This document shows, piece by piece, positions 9,156-20,100 of a stretch of DNA of 59,730 bases (position 1 is the stretch's first letter; every line of letters starts with the position of its first letter). Both the position numbers and the translations under genes were made by a program. The notes under the pieces are model-generated. The model was not told where the DNA came from and did not search any database. It was given only the letters and a program-made list of their open reading frames with translations. The stretch is from a virus (Duplodnaviria > Caudoviricetes). Where the stretch lies: positions 1-59,730 of the IMG/VR virus record IMGVR_UViG_3300020395_000008; one strand, 5' to 3'.

Positions 9156-12100
9156 ATGGAATCATTAAGCCAAAAAGTATTAAGAAAAAAATATGAGGGA
9201 TATAGTGAACTCATCTTGGCTCAGATTGCTGACAATTTGAGTTATACGGAGACTATTAATAGGACGAAGTTTAGTAAGACTGATGAAAAGAAAATTATTC
9301 TCCCTCGTTATAAAATAAGAATACCAGGAGAGCATGATGAAAGCATTCCTTCTGTTGCTTTGCCGTGGGCATATGCTAAGTATCTTACGGGTGGATTGAG
9401 AGGAGAGTCGATAGGTAATCCCGTGTATCCTAAAGGTACATGGGTTTATGTAGTGCGTGATTATAGGACTAATTTATATTATATTGATAGAATTTCTCCT
9501 AATACTTTATATAATCCTGAGATAACTGGTTTTACGACTGGTGGTAAAGATGATGTCTTAATTCCCAATACGATGACGACTCCCGATGGAGAGGGATTAG
9601 CAAAGGGAGCAAGTATCTATAATAATCTAGTAGAATCGGAACAGGATAAAAAACAAAATAGTCCAGAAGAAGATGCTGATTTATACTTACCTTCTTTTTG
9701 TGATGCTAAAAATACAAAATTAGCAGGGACTGGTATTCAGATTGAAATCGAGAATACTATTAAGATGACTGAGAGGTTAAAGGTAATTACTGATCCTCTT
9801 AAAGATTTACAAACTTCCATCTTAGATGCTAAAAGATCTAATGATGAAGTCATTAAAAGTTTTAATAACACCATTTCAATTTATCAAAAAAACCTTTCTC
9901 AAGCAGCAGCGGATATATCAAAATGGTTGGTTACTCTTTTTAATAATATCAAGAAAAATTTAATAAGAAAAGCATCAATAGCAAATAATGTTGCAAGAAG
10001 TGCTGTTCCCAACTCATCTAAACATGCTTGGCAGCAAGGATTTGATGTTATTATCAATGCAATTATTTGTATTTGGAATAAAATAATAACCTTAGCACCT
10101 GGTCTTATTGAAAAGGCACTTGCTTCTTTTTTAGGTAAAGTTGTAAATGCTACAACCTGTTTAGTAGAGAATTTTATTGGAGATTTTTTAGGTCAACTTT
10201 TAGGTCAAGTATCGGCACTAATTAACTCAGTATTAAAGGCAGTAAGTAGTTCGTTAGGACAAGCTGCCAAAACTCTTGGAGCAGGACTTGATTTTATTAG
10301 TGAAGTTGGAAAATTTTTAGACAGTCTTTTAAGTATTTTTGAGTGTGAATTTAAAAGTTGTATGGGTGCAGATAATAAAATTATTCGTTATAGTCTTATA
10401 AATGGTGCTAAACCAGAAAGAAAAACAATAAATTTTGATACAGTTTTTGAAAAGGCAAGAACTGTTGCATCTGAATTTGAAAAATTAACTAAAGTACCTG
10501 AGAATATTGATCTTTATGAGTTTGAGTTTGATGTTCAGAAAGAAATTGATGCGATATTTGATGAATGTGATCCAGGACCAATTTTTTGCGGAGGACCAGA
10601 TGTTATCATTTGGGGTGGTAATGGATCAGGAGCACAGGGTAATCCAGTTATAAGTATTGCTGGTGATCTTTTAGGTGTAGATGTAATTGCCTCTGGTGAA
10701 TATAAAGAACCTCCTTTAATTTCTTTTGAAGATGAATGTGGAAATGGTCAAGGGGCAATTGGGGAAGTTTTTATTGGCCCTGTAGTTGGTGGTATTGGTA
10801 CTCTAGGAGGTGCAACTCCTGGTATTGGTACAACTGGTATTATATCTGATTTAGATGACCCTACTTATGATGATACAGAGATTGGAACTGGTTCGGGTGC
10901 AGGGATAGGAATTACTCATTATGTAACAGTAAATGCAGTAGCAGCGGGTAATAGATTTTTTATTGATGAGAAACAACAAAAAACTCTTATATTTGAGAGA
11001 GGTAATACTTATATTTTAGATCAACAAGATTCTTCTAATGAAACTCATCCTCTTAGATTTTCTGAAACAAAAAATGGAACATGGGGAGGTGGTGATGAAT
11101 ATGAAAGAGGAGTAACTATAGATGGAGTTCCTGGTGAGATAGGTGCTTATTCTAGAATAGTAGTTAATAACAATACTCCTGATACTTTATATTATTATTG
11201 TGAAAATCATTCTAAGATGGGAGGAAAAATTAATGTTATTACCCCCACAACCCCCACAACTTTAGCAGAGCCTTCTCAAAAAGGTAAAGATGCTTCTGTT
11301 GAAGTTTCTGCTGTAAATTCTAAGGGTGGTGTAATTGCGATTAAGAATTTAGTAGGAGGTAGTGGATATAATCACTGTATGGCTAATGTTCCAACTCATG
11401 GTGGGAGTGGTAGTAGATTTACAGTTGAACTGAAAAAGGTAGAAAATGGAGTTATTAAATTACTATCGATTAATAATAAAGGATCTAATTATAAAATAGG
11501 TGATATTGTTACTCTTACAGCAAGATCATCTTCAGATGTTGTTTTAAAGGATTCTACAGGAGTAACCAAAGTTCTTATAAGAGAATCTGGTTACGGATAT
11601 TTGAGAGCACCTGATGGATCTATGGGTGGAATGAGAAGAACTTGGGCAAATAGATGTCAAACTATTGTAAGAAGAAAAAATTTAGATTGGGATAGTCCTT
11701 ATTCTACAGGAGATGTAATAACTTTGAACATTGGAGATATGGTGCAGTTACCAGGCAAATCTAAAGTGTATATCGGTGAGGATTTTGATGCCAATAAACT
11801 TCCTGGAGCTCAGATTACTGGTATAGGTACATATATTGCTAGAGATATGAGTAATTTTCCTTTAGCAACCAATCAAATTGTTGCAGGGGATTTATCTACG
11901 GTTCTTGATTTTGGTTTTGATAGTGTAGATTTAATTGCGGAGAAATGGCAATGGCTTCCTGATTATAGTATGGATGAGGCCTATGGAATAGTCAGAAAAG
12001 ATGGTAGAAATCCTGATCTTAGTGAAGATGGTATTGTAGGAGGAATCGGAATAGATCGTAATTTAATTGCAGAATGGGATTTTTATGCTGAAGGTGAGTT

Positions 12101-13313
12101 AATTGCTACTGTTCCGCAGACTAGTTTTTCTGAGGATCCTCAATATTATGATGAAGAAAAGAATATTTTATATCGGGTAGGATTTCCAAAAACTTATAAT
12201 CCTCCATCCGTAGTAGCACAACAAAAACCGTGGGTTAGAGCAGCAGATAATCTTCCTGTTGGGGTAAGAGGATTATGGTCACCATTCTTGATTAACTATG
12301 GAATTTTCCCTACTAATACTGAAACTTTATTAGAACAAAAGCAGGAAGCTACTTGGAGGGTAACTACTTATATTCCAGGAGATTATACATTTGAGATTCA
12401 GGCAGATAACCGAGGAACTATGTCATGGGATGGAGTTGAATTAGGAAAAACTCCTGATTATGAGGCTCATAATCTTAATACTATCTTTATGACAACTGTT
12501 CCCTCCGTGGAACCACAGGTGCATGAGATAACAGTTTCAATTACAAACTTGCGACATAGAGAACCTGAAAAACAAGCAACTACCCATTTATGGGATTTTA
12601 ACCCTGCTGCGGTGGCATGGACATTAAAGGATCCTCATGGAGTCATTATAAAATCCTCTTTGGATCCGTTTGAAGAGCAAGATAAAATAACATATGATTT
12701 TGATACTTATTTTAGTATTAGAATGTTTAGTGTGAATAAAGTAGAGGATCCTCTAATTCTTCCTGGTGATGAGTGGTTTGGATGTGTGAATGATTATAAT
12801 AATGCACGACTTTTAGGGTTCAGTGATTGTGATATCCGACATTTCCTTGAGGCAAATCCTGACATAAAGTTAGATCAGTGTATGCAAGATAAATTAAATG
12901 ATGAAAATTGGGGTAATTGTGATGGTGATTTGACGGTATCTATTACTGCACCTGCATGTCCTCCTGATCCTTGTCTTCCAGAAGGTACTTATCCTGTTAT
13001 TGCATGTTTAGATGAAATAGTTGTAGATAATCCTGGATTTGGATTTAATTGTTGTGATGATACGGTAGTAATTATTCCTGATAATGGTGCAAAGGCTGAG
13101 ATTGCTGAGTGTGAACAGGGTAAAATATTAAGAATTAAGGTTACTGATTGTGGGTCAGGATTTACTGAACTTCCTCAGGTGTTTATAAATACTGAAACAG
13201 GTTATAATTCGGTTTTGAAACCTATTTTAAAATTCCATAGACCTGAAGAGATTGATGTTCCTAAAGGTACTAACGTGGTTCAAGTTATTGATTGTGTGGG
13301 GAAGGTTAACTAA
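9156..13313 (+). CDS. gp5-like baseplate hub/spike protein, N-terminal OB fold with inserted cupredoxin-like and PA14-like domains
   Basis: RYKIRIPGEH...LPWA...P..GTWV OB-fold motif; V.NPGFG repeats; HPLRF...YYYCENHSKMGG; YTFEIQADN. Confidence 0.7.
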   Translation: MESLSQKVLRKKYEGYSELILAQIADNLSYTETINRTKFSKTDEKKIILPRYKIRIPGEHDESIPSVALPWAYAKYLTGGLRGESIGNPVYPKGTWVYVVRDYRTNLYYIDRISPNTLYNPEITGFTTGGKDDVLIPNTMTTPDGEGLAKGASIYNNLVESEQDKKQNSPEEDADLYLPSFCDAKNTKLAGTGIQIEIENTIKMTERLKVITDPLKDLQTSILDAKRSNDEVIKSFNNTISIYQKNLSQAAADISKWLVTLFNNIKKNLIRKASIANNVARSAVPNSSKHAWQQGFDVIINAIICIWNKIITLAPGLIEKALASFLGKVVNATTCLVENFIGDFLGQLLGQVSALINSVLKAVSSSLGQAAKTLGAGLDFISEVGKFLDSLLSIFECEFKSCMGADNKIIRYSLINGAKPERKTINFDTVFEKARTVASEFEKLTKVPENIDLYEFEFDVQKEIDAIFDECDPGPIFCGGPDVIIWGGNGSGAQGNPVISIAGDLLGVDVIASGEYKEPPLISFEDECGNGQGAIGEVFIGPVVGGIGTLGGATPGIGTTGIISDLDDPTYDDTEIGTGSGAGIGITHYVTVNAVAAGNRFFIDEKQQKTLIFERGNTYILDQQDSSNETHPLRFSETKNGTWGGGDEYERGVTIDGVPGEIGAYSRIVVNNNTPDTLYYYCENHSKMGGKINVITPTTPTTLAEPSQKGKDASVEVSAVNSKGGVIAIKNLVGGSGYNHCMANVPTHGGSGSRFTVELKKVENGVIKLLSINNKGSNYKIGDIVTLTARSSSDVVLKDSTGVTKVLIRESGYGYLRAPDGSMGGMRRTWANRCQTIVRRKNLDWDSPYSTGDVITLNIGDMVQLPGKSKVYIGEDFDANKLPGAQITGIGTYIARDMSNFPLATNQIVAGDLSTVLDFGFDSVDLIAEKWQWLPDYSMDEAYGIVRKDGRNPDLSEDGIVGGIGIDRNLIAEWDFYAEGELIATVPQTSFSEDPQYYDEEKNILYRVGFPKTYNPPSVVAQQKPWVRAADNLPVGVRGLWSPFLINYGIFPTNTETLLEQKQEATWRVTTYIPGDYTFEIQADNRGTMSWDGVELGKTPDYEAHNLNTIFMTTVPSVEPQVHEITVSITNLRHREPEKQATTHLWDFNPAAVAWTLKDPHGVIIKSSLDPFEEQDKITYDFDTYFSIRMFSVNKVEDPLILPGDEWFGCVNDYNNARLLGFSDCDIRHFLEANPDIKLDQCMQDKLNDENWGNCDGDLTVSITAPACPPDPCLPEGTYPVIACLDEIVVDNPGFGFNCCDDTVVIIPDNGAKAEIAECEQGKILRIKVTDCGSGFTELPQVFINTETGYNSVLKPILKFHRPEEIDVPKGTNVVQVIDCVGKVN

Positions 13314-13951
13314 TGGCAGAGACTTCAGTTTCAAATTATCAGGCATTTAATAATACTGATGGAGGATTATTCTGCAGTTATGTTAATAAAAATAATGCTA
13401 AGGTAGCAACTGCTCTTAGACGTATTTTTCCATCTCCAGGTTGCCGACGTGCTCAATCTATAGAGTTGATAGAGAGTGGTAATTTGGAGGGTGGTATTTT
13501 GTGTAGTGCTCCAGGTGTATTTTCTATTGGATGTGGAGAAAAACCTACAGGTGTAACATGGGATGATAGAGGAATTGGTGGAATATGGTATGCTGAAAAT
13601 GGTGATATTGTATTACATGCACCCAAAGGAAGAGTGAGAATTGTTGCAGAAGGAATTGATCTTATTTCTAAGGGAGATCCTCAGAGTGAGAAAGGAGGTG
13701 TAAATGTTGCTGCACCAGATGGAGCATTTGAAGTGAAATCTAATAATATTATTATGGAAGCTGATGAGACAGTATCAATTGATGCAACTGGTAAAATACA
13801 AATATCTTCTATATCTGCTACTAAAATAGAGGGTGGTGAAGTTGAGGTTACTGAAGGTGATAATGCACTGATTCCACCTGGTAGTGGTGCGAAGACTGTG
13901 TTACAAGATGCTCTTGATAAAGCAAAGATGGTTGGTAAATTCTTGAAATAA
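13313..13951 (+). CDS. gp5 C-terminal-like beta-helix spike protein
   Basis: AENGDIVLHAPKGRVRIVAEGIDL beta-repeat pattern; coupled to the upstream gene. Confidence 0.55.
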   Translation: MAETSVSNYQAFNNTDGGLFCSYVNKNNAKVATALRRIFPSPGCRRAQSIELIESGNLEGGILCSAPGVFSIGCGEKPTGVTWDDRGIGGIWYAENGDIVLHAPKGRVRIVAEGIDLISKGDPQSEKGGVNVAAPDGAFEVKSNNIIMEADETVSIDATGKIQISSISATKIEGGEVEVTEGDNALIPPGSGAKTVLQDALDKAKMVGKFLK

Positions 13952-13968
13952 TGAGAGGTATTTTATAA

Positions 13969-14979
13969 ATGAGAGTACAAAACATACAAACTGGAATGCA
14001 ACTCCATGTTGCTTCGGCAACACCTGGACTTAATGAGAGTCCTGCAACTCCAGGTAGAGATCCTACGGCTTTGGGAATCGGACCTGCTGCTATTCCAGGA
14101 TCGATATATGCCAATGGTTGTGTATTGATTGGTAACCCTCTAGCATTTCCTGCTATTGCTGAAGCAACGTGTATGATTGCACCAGCAAATCCAGTGGTAA
14201 ATCCGCTGGCATTTAAAACTCCATCTATTTTAAAAGTAACAAATAGACTTACAAGACCACCTAATCCTTTTGATGTATGGTTTGGAGATCCTGCTGGATT
14301 GGTAGGAGTTACTATGAATACTGCAACGATTAATATTACAGAGACGGTAGCTATTAATATTGCTACTCCTACTATTAATATTACTGGGGTTAAGAATCAA
14401 GCAGGAGCACAGAATGATGTAGGTGCTCAAACTGAAACAGGAGCTCAGGTTCAATCGGGAACCAAGGTAATATCTGGTTCATCTAAAGATAATGGAAAAA
14501 GAGCCACTACAGTCCTAAGAGCAGATAAAATAATTTGCCCTAATATTTCAGGGAGAATCAATGTACAGTCTTGGAAAAAATTTGATATTCCTCATCCCAA
14601 TAAAAAAGGATATAGATTAACTCATGTATGTGTTGAAGGTCCAGAGGCAGCTGTTTATATAAGAGGTAGATTAAATAATACCCATATTATTGACTTACCA
14701 GACTATTGGCAAGGATTGGTAGACTATGATACAATTACAGTAAATCTTACACCATGCGGAAAACCTGATTTGTCTTTATATGTAAAAGAAATTAAAGAGG
14801 ATAAAATTATTCTTTCTTCGGATCATTTGACTCAAGTAGAATGTTTTTATCAGGTATGGGCAAATAGAATTGGTCCAGAATTGCATGTTGAGTATGAAGG
14901 AGAATCACCAGCAGATTATCCAGGAGATGATTCTCTACATTCTATTGTAGGTTATCATTATGATGTTAGGGAGGATTAA
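13969..14979 (+). CDS. virion structural protein with C-terminal fibre chaperone-like domain
   Basis: KFDIPHP...RLTHVCVEGPEAAVYIRG...LPDYWQGLVD domain common at phage fibre C-termini. Confidence 0.6.
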   Translation: MRVQNIQTGMQLHVASATPGLNESPATPGRDPTALGIGPAAIPGSIYANGCVLIGNPLAFPAIAEATCMIAPANPVVNPLAFKTPSILKVTNRLTRPPNPFDVWFGDPAGLVGVTMNTATINITETVAINIATPTINITGVKNQAGAQNDVGAQTETGAQVQSGTKVISGSSKDNGKRATTVLRADKIICPNISGRINVQSWKKFDIPHPNKKGYRLTHVCVEGPEAAVYIRGRLNNTHIIDLPDYWQGLVDYDTITVNLTPCGKPDLSLYVKEIKEDKIILSSDHLTQVECFYQVWANRIGPELHVEYEGESPADYPGDDSLHSIVGYHYDVRED

Positions 14980-14981
14980 AA

Positions 14982-16691
14982 ATGTTATCTAAAGATATTA
15001 AAGACGCAATTTCCGACAGTTTACAAGAATCTTTTGATACTGTTCGATTTTTTCAAGATCAAGTGGTTATTTCCGATGATAAAAAGTCTAAATGGGACAA
15101 TGCCATTTTTAAATTAGATAATGAGATTTTAGGAGAAATAGAAATTGTAAATAGAGCACTGGATGATGTTAAAGATGCATATCAAGACAGAATCGTATCT
15201 GGTTGTAGAACAGATATGTTTTGGATGCTTACTAATGTGGATACTACGGGGGATACTGAATGGACGTTTAGATGTACGAGACTGAATGGAAGAGGATATA
15301 CTGAGATAGTGCATGATGTGGTGGGTATTGATAGTACTCATTTTTATATGTTAGAACCAGGAGCTTCTAGTGAGGCAGGAATAACAACTCGACCTCTTAC
15401 AGGTGATTTATTTGGATTTGATCCTAGAAATTATTTTGGAATCAAATATTATGATCAGGCTTTTGCTCAAGATATTGGAGACACTTTTGTTACTAGTTTC
15501 ATTGGAACGATGAAACAATCTTCTAATCTTTTAACAGTAATGAATCCAGTAAGTGCAGGATCATCGGAAGTTTTGGAAGCAGGTCAACTTGTGATATGTG
15601 GGAAGGATGGAGTTTTCCCAACTACAACTAGAATTGTTGGTGTTGATACCACTCAAGTAGATCTTCAAGGAATTCCCACTTTAGTTGGAATTGGAACTTC
15701 TCTTACAACAGTTAATATTCTTAATTTAAGTAGTAATGCAGGAGTCGCAGTCAGTGCTCCTGAAGCTGATGGAAGTTTTGTGTCATTTAGAGTGCTTGAT
15801 GATCCTGATGCTGGTCCTCTTGTTTCAATTAGTACGGTAACTTCTAATGGAAATGCTTATGGTGTTTCTCAAGTATATGAAGAGATTGTTACTACATCTA
15901 ATAGGCAAGGATTTGGATGTTTAATAAAAGTTGAAACAAATGCCAGTGGAGGAATTAGTACTGTAATTCCCCAAACAGGAGGGATGAGTTATACAAGAGG
16001 TGAGACTATTACTATTTCGGGAGATTTGTTGGGAGGAATTGCTGGAACCGATGATGTTACTGTTTTAGTTGACTGGTTACAATCTACTATAGGGAGTAGA
16101 CATCAGTATATGTTACCATTTGAAGCAGATCCATTTTCTCCTCAGACTGTAGGAATAATGCAGACATCTAATCTTGGAATTGGAGTTTCTACTGTGTTAG
16201 ATCATTCTGGGAATCCTAAAGGTACTCAAAGTTGGAATCTTTGGTTAGATGGAGTTGATCTTGGTAATGGAGTTACGGTTAGTCCTCCTAATGTGGGTTC
16301 AGATATATCTTGGTGGACTGTAGGTTTTTCAACTAGACCGATAGATGGGGTGTCAGCAGCAGAGGAAGGTGATATAGTAACCACAGATGATTTGAGTGAC
16401 TTATATGGATCTTTACCATCTTGTGCGGCTGCATTAGAAACTGCTATTACTAATGCAGGGACAGCGGCTAGCACCAGTGAAACTTCCTTTCTTGCAGAGG
16501 GGGGTAAAAATAATACATTGATCGGTGCGTCAAATGGATTAAGGAATATGCGTAATGATGTATCTTTACAGATATGGGGAACGAGACAATCTATAGGAGC
16601 TGAAAATGCGAATATTGATAAACAAGAAAAATTAAATCAATATATAGGTATTACAACTGTTAAAATGGTAGTGGATGATTTAAATGAATAA
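14982..16691 (+). CDS. putative virion structural protein
   Basis: 569-aa G/T/V/S-rich ORF in the late structural cluster. Confidence 0.55.
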   Translation: MLSKDIKDAISDSLQESFDTVRFFQDQVVISDDKKSKWDNAIFKLDNEILGEIEIVNRALDDVKDAYQDRIVSGCRTDMFWMLTNVDTTGDTEWTFRCTRLNGRGYTEIVHDVVGIDSTHFYMLEPGASSEAGITTRPLTGDLFGFDPRNYFGIKYYDQAFAQDIGDTFVTSFIGTMKQSSNLLTVMNPVSAGSSEVLEAGQLVICGKDGVFPTTTRIVGVDTTQVDLQGIPTLVGIGTSLTTVNILNLSSNAGVAVSAPEADGSFVSFRVLDDPDAGPLVSISTVTSNGNAYGVSQVYEEIVTTSNRQGFGCLIKVETNASGGISTVIPQTGGMSYTRGETITISGDLLGGIAGTDDVTVLVDWLQSTIGSRHQYMLPFEADPFSPQTVGIMQTSNLGIGVSTVLDHSGNPKGTQSWNLWLDGVDLGNGVTVSPPNVGSDISWWTVGFSTRPIDGVSAAEEGDIVTTDDLSDLYGSLPSCAAALETAITNAGTAASTSETSFLAEGGKNNTLIGASNGLRNMRNDVSLQIWGTRQSIGAENANIDKQEKLNQYIGITTVKMVVDDLNE

Positions 16692-16926
16692 AATACTAAT
16701 TGAACATGGGAGAACCCAAAAGAAACTAATTAACCTTCCAGAAGAATGGGAGGAGTTAGTTGACTTATCTACCGTCACAGTGCATCTTACAGAAGTAGGA
16801 TCCAAACAAAATCTTGTAGTAAAAAGAGTACAAGGCCTTGAAGTTCATTTACAGACTCAGGGATTGCCTGTGGACTGTTATTATATGATCGTTGGTGACC
16901 TGCTTGACATCAAGGACTCGGTATGA
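16684..16926 (+). CDS. small protein homologous to the C-terminal domain of 13969..14979
   Basis: INLPEEWEELVDLSTVTVHLT...CYY vs IDLPDYWQGLVDYDTITVNLT...CFY. Confidence 0.65.
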   Translation: MNKILIEHGRTQKKLINLPEEWEELVDLSTVTVHLTEVGSKQNLVVKRVQGLEVHLQTQGLPVDCYYMIVGDLLDIKDSV

Positions 16927-16932
16927 TATAAT
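16904..16932 (+). promoter_or_regulatory. sigma70-type early promoter
   Basis: TTGACA(16904-09)-N17-TATAAT(16927-32) with extended TG. Confidence 0.85.
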
Positions 16933-16956
16933 ACATAGACCTATATAAGGTTTACA

Positions 16957-17148
16957 ATGGAAGATGATTACCTTTCCCGTTGTGTGGTGGATACGATTCA
17001 ACGAAAAGTACACCTATATTCAGATGAAGGAGAGGCAAGAACAGTAGAGTGTGAGACGGTGGAAGAGTTTATGAATGTGTTGCATTTTGTACGTGAAAAT
17101 TGTCCAGACGATATGCTCTCATATACCAATCCTTTGGATGATAAATAA
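16957..17148 (+). CDS. hypothetical cyanophage protein
   Basis: 63-aa ORF directly downstream of a consensus promoter. Confidence 0.75.
   Translation: MEDDYLSRCVVDTIQRKVHLYSDEGEARTVECETVEEFMNVLHFVRENCPDDMLSYTNPLDDK
17140..17147 (+). promoter_or_regulatory. late promoter (GATAAATA)
   Basis: Late-promoter core upstream of the 1960-aa gene. Confidence 0.6.
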
Positions 17149-17176
17149 ATCATAATAGAACTACCGTGCAAATAAG

Positions 17177-20100
17177 ATGCCTCTCAGTCGTCTAGATAAT
17201 TTCCTTAAGAATGTTCGTGGTAATATTCTGTACGTTAATCCGAATGATTTGGATGCCACAGACAGTATTGAGAATCAAGGAAATTCATTAACCCGTCCAT
17301 TTAAAACCATTCAAAGAGCTCTTGTTGAAGCATCAAGGTTTTCATATCAGAAAGGTTTAGATAATGATAGATTTGGTAAGACTACTATTCTTCTTTATCC
17401 TGGTGAACATATTGTAGATAATAGGCCTGGATGGATTCCTGATGGTGCAGATAATTATAAATTAAGAGATGGTACTACGTCAGATAATTTCCCTGCATGG
17501 TCTCTTACAACTAATTTTGATTTAACTACAGACGATAATGCTCTGTATAAGATGAATAGTGTCTACGGGGGTATTATCCTTCCTCGTGGTACTTCTCTTG
17601 TTGGTTTAGACTTAAGAAAGACAAAGATAAGACCGAGATATGTTCCTAATCCTGAAAATGATAATATTGAGAAGTCTGCTATTTTCAGAGTAACAGGTTC
17701 TTGTTATCTTTGGCAGTTTACTATCTTTGATGGCAATCCTAATGGTTCTGTATATAAGGATTATACTGCTAATAGATTTGTTCCTAACTTCTCTCACCAT
17801 AAGTTAACAGTATTTGAATATGCTGATGGTGTAAATGATGTTAAGATCGATGATGCATTCATATCTGATTATGATGCAGCCAGAACTGACCTTGATATGT
17901 ATTATGAGAAGGTTGGTCTTGCATATGGACCTTCCTCTGGTAGAGAGATTGAACCAGATTATCCTTCATCAGGTCTTGATATTCAACCCAAGGTTGATGA
18001 GTATAGAATTGTTGGTCCTTTAGGTGGAACAGTAGGTATAACCAGCATTAAAGCAGGTGATGGATCTACCACTTCTACTGATATTACTGTTGAATTGACA
18101 ACAGCTCTTTCTGGTTTAGATGTAGATACTGCGTTCCAGTTAGAAGGAATTAGTGCGGCGGGTTATAGTGGAGAGTTTGTTGTTAGTGATGTTGTCACTA
18201 CAGATTCAACAGGAACTACAGAATTTAAGTATAAAGTACTAAGTGCTCCTGTTAATCCATTACCTTCTGTAACTGGTTCAACTGTTACTCTTCAGATTGA
18301 TACTGTTACCTCTTCTTCTCCATATATCTTTAACATCTCTTTGAGATCGGTTTATGGTATGTGTGGTATGTATGCTGATGGAAACAAGGCCACAGGATTT
18401 AAATCAATGGTTGTGGCACAATACACTGGTATTGGTCTGCAGAAGGATAATAATGCCTTTGTTAAGTATGATGAGACTAGTGGAGAATATAAGGATAGTA
18501 CGTTTGCAGGAAATGAAAATATAAATTCCGATTCTCTAGCCGTATATAAACCTTCTTATAGGAACTATCATATTAAAGCAAGCAATGATGCTGTTATTCA
18601 GGTAGTTTCCGTTTTTGCTATTGGTTATTCCCAACATATGCTTGCGGAGAGTGGTGGTGATTTATCGGTTACTAACTCTAACTCTAACTTTGGTGCAAAA
18701 TCATTAGTTTCTGAAGGATTTAAGAAGGATGCTTTTGCAAGAGATGATGTTGGATACATTACTCATATTATTCCTCCTAAGGAGATAGAAACATCAACCA
18801 TAGCTATTGAATATGATGCTATTGATGTTAATAAAACTGGATCAGCAGTTGGTGTAGGTTCTACAAGTCGGTTATATCTGTATAATCAAACTAACTCAGA
18901 TGTAAAACCAAGTAGTGTTATAGAGGGATATAGAATTGGTGCGAAAGAAAATGATAAATTAAATGTATTAATTTCTGTTGCACCAGGAACAACTAATCAG
19001 TATGCAGCACGAATTGTGATGCCAGATACTGAGTTGAATGATGCTCCAACATCTTTTGAGAAGACATTTCAGGTTGGTAGATCTGCAGCAGGTATTAGTA
19101 GTATTTCTGCTTCTACTTTAACTTTAACTTCAGATCATACTTTATTAGAAGGTGAAAGTATTCGTGTTGTTTCTGAGAATGGTCATCTTCCTGATGGATT
19201 AGATTCTAATACTGTATACTATGCTATAACTTCTAGTTTAGATGATAATCAAGTTAAGGTTGCCCAGACATTAAATGATGCAGTTTCTGGAGATAATATA
19301 ACCATTAATAATAAGGGTGGTATTCTTCATATTCAAAGTAGGGTTTCGGATAAGGTTGCAGGAGATTTAGGTCATCCAATTCAGTATGATAGTGATGAAA
19401 GTCAGTGGTATGTAACTGTTGGAACTGCTTCTACTGAGAATGATATCTATTCTACAATTGTTGGACTTGGATCAACTACCTTAGGTACGGCAACTCCAAG
19501 AACATTTATTAAAAGAACACCTGATACAAGAAATATTATTGATACGGTTTACAGAGCTCGTTATGTAATTCCTGCAGGTAGTGGAATTACCTCTGCTCGT
19601 CCTCCTGTAGATGGTTATATTTTAGAAGAATCTAGTTCTGTTACTGGTGCAACTGATACTGAAGTCCAAACATACTTTAGTCCTACCGCAGTCAGTTTAA
19701 GTAATAAGAGTGAACAAAGAAACTTTAGTTTCCTTGCTCATGCTCATTGGGCAAGTAATACTGGATATTACTTATCAGAACTTCCTCATGGATTAAAAGT
19801 TGGTTCTCAAGTAGAAGTAAAGGATATTGTTAGTTCTAATAATCCAGTTGGAACAGCTAATTCAGGATTCAATGGTACATTTAACGTTACTGGGATCAGT
19901 AGTGCAAGAGAATTTACTGTAACTATTACAAGTAGCACTGGACCTGGAACAATGACTAATAACATTGATTCTAGAACTACTAGTCTTCCTACTTTTACGC
20001 AGAAGAAGTATGCTGGTACATTCCAAGTTTATAGATCACAACAGATTCAAGAGTATATCTCTGGAAGTCAGGATGGAATCTATCATTTACTCTTAGTCAA

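Noticed and set aside
11241-11260. Tandem repeat ACCCCCACA x2
   Set aside because: Encodes a TPTTPT linker; too short to imply a mechanism.
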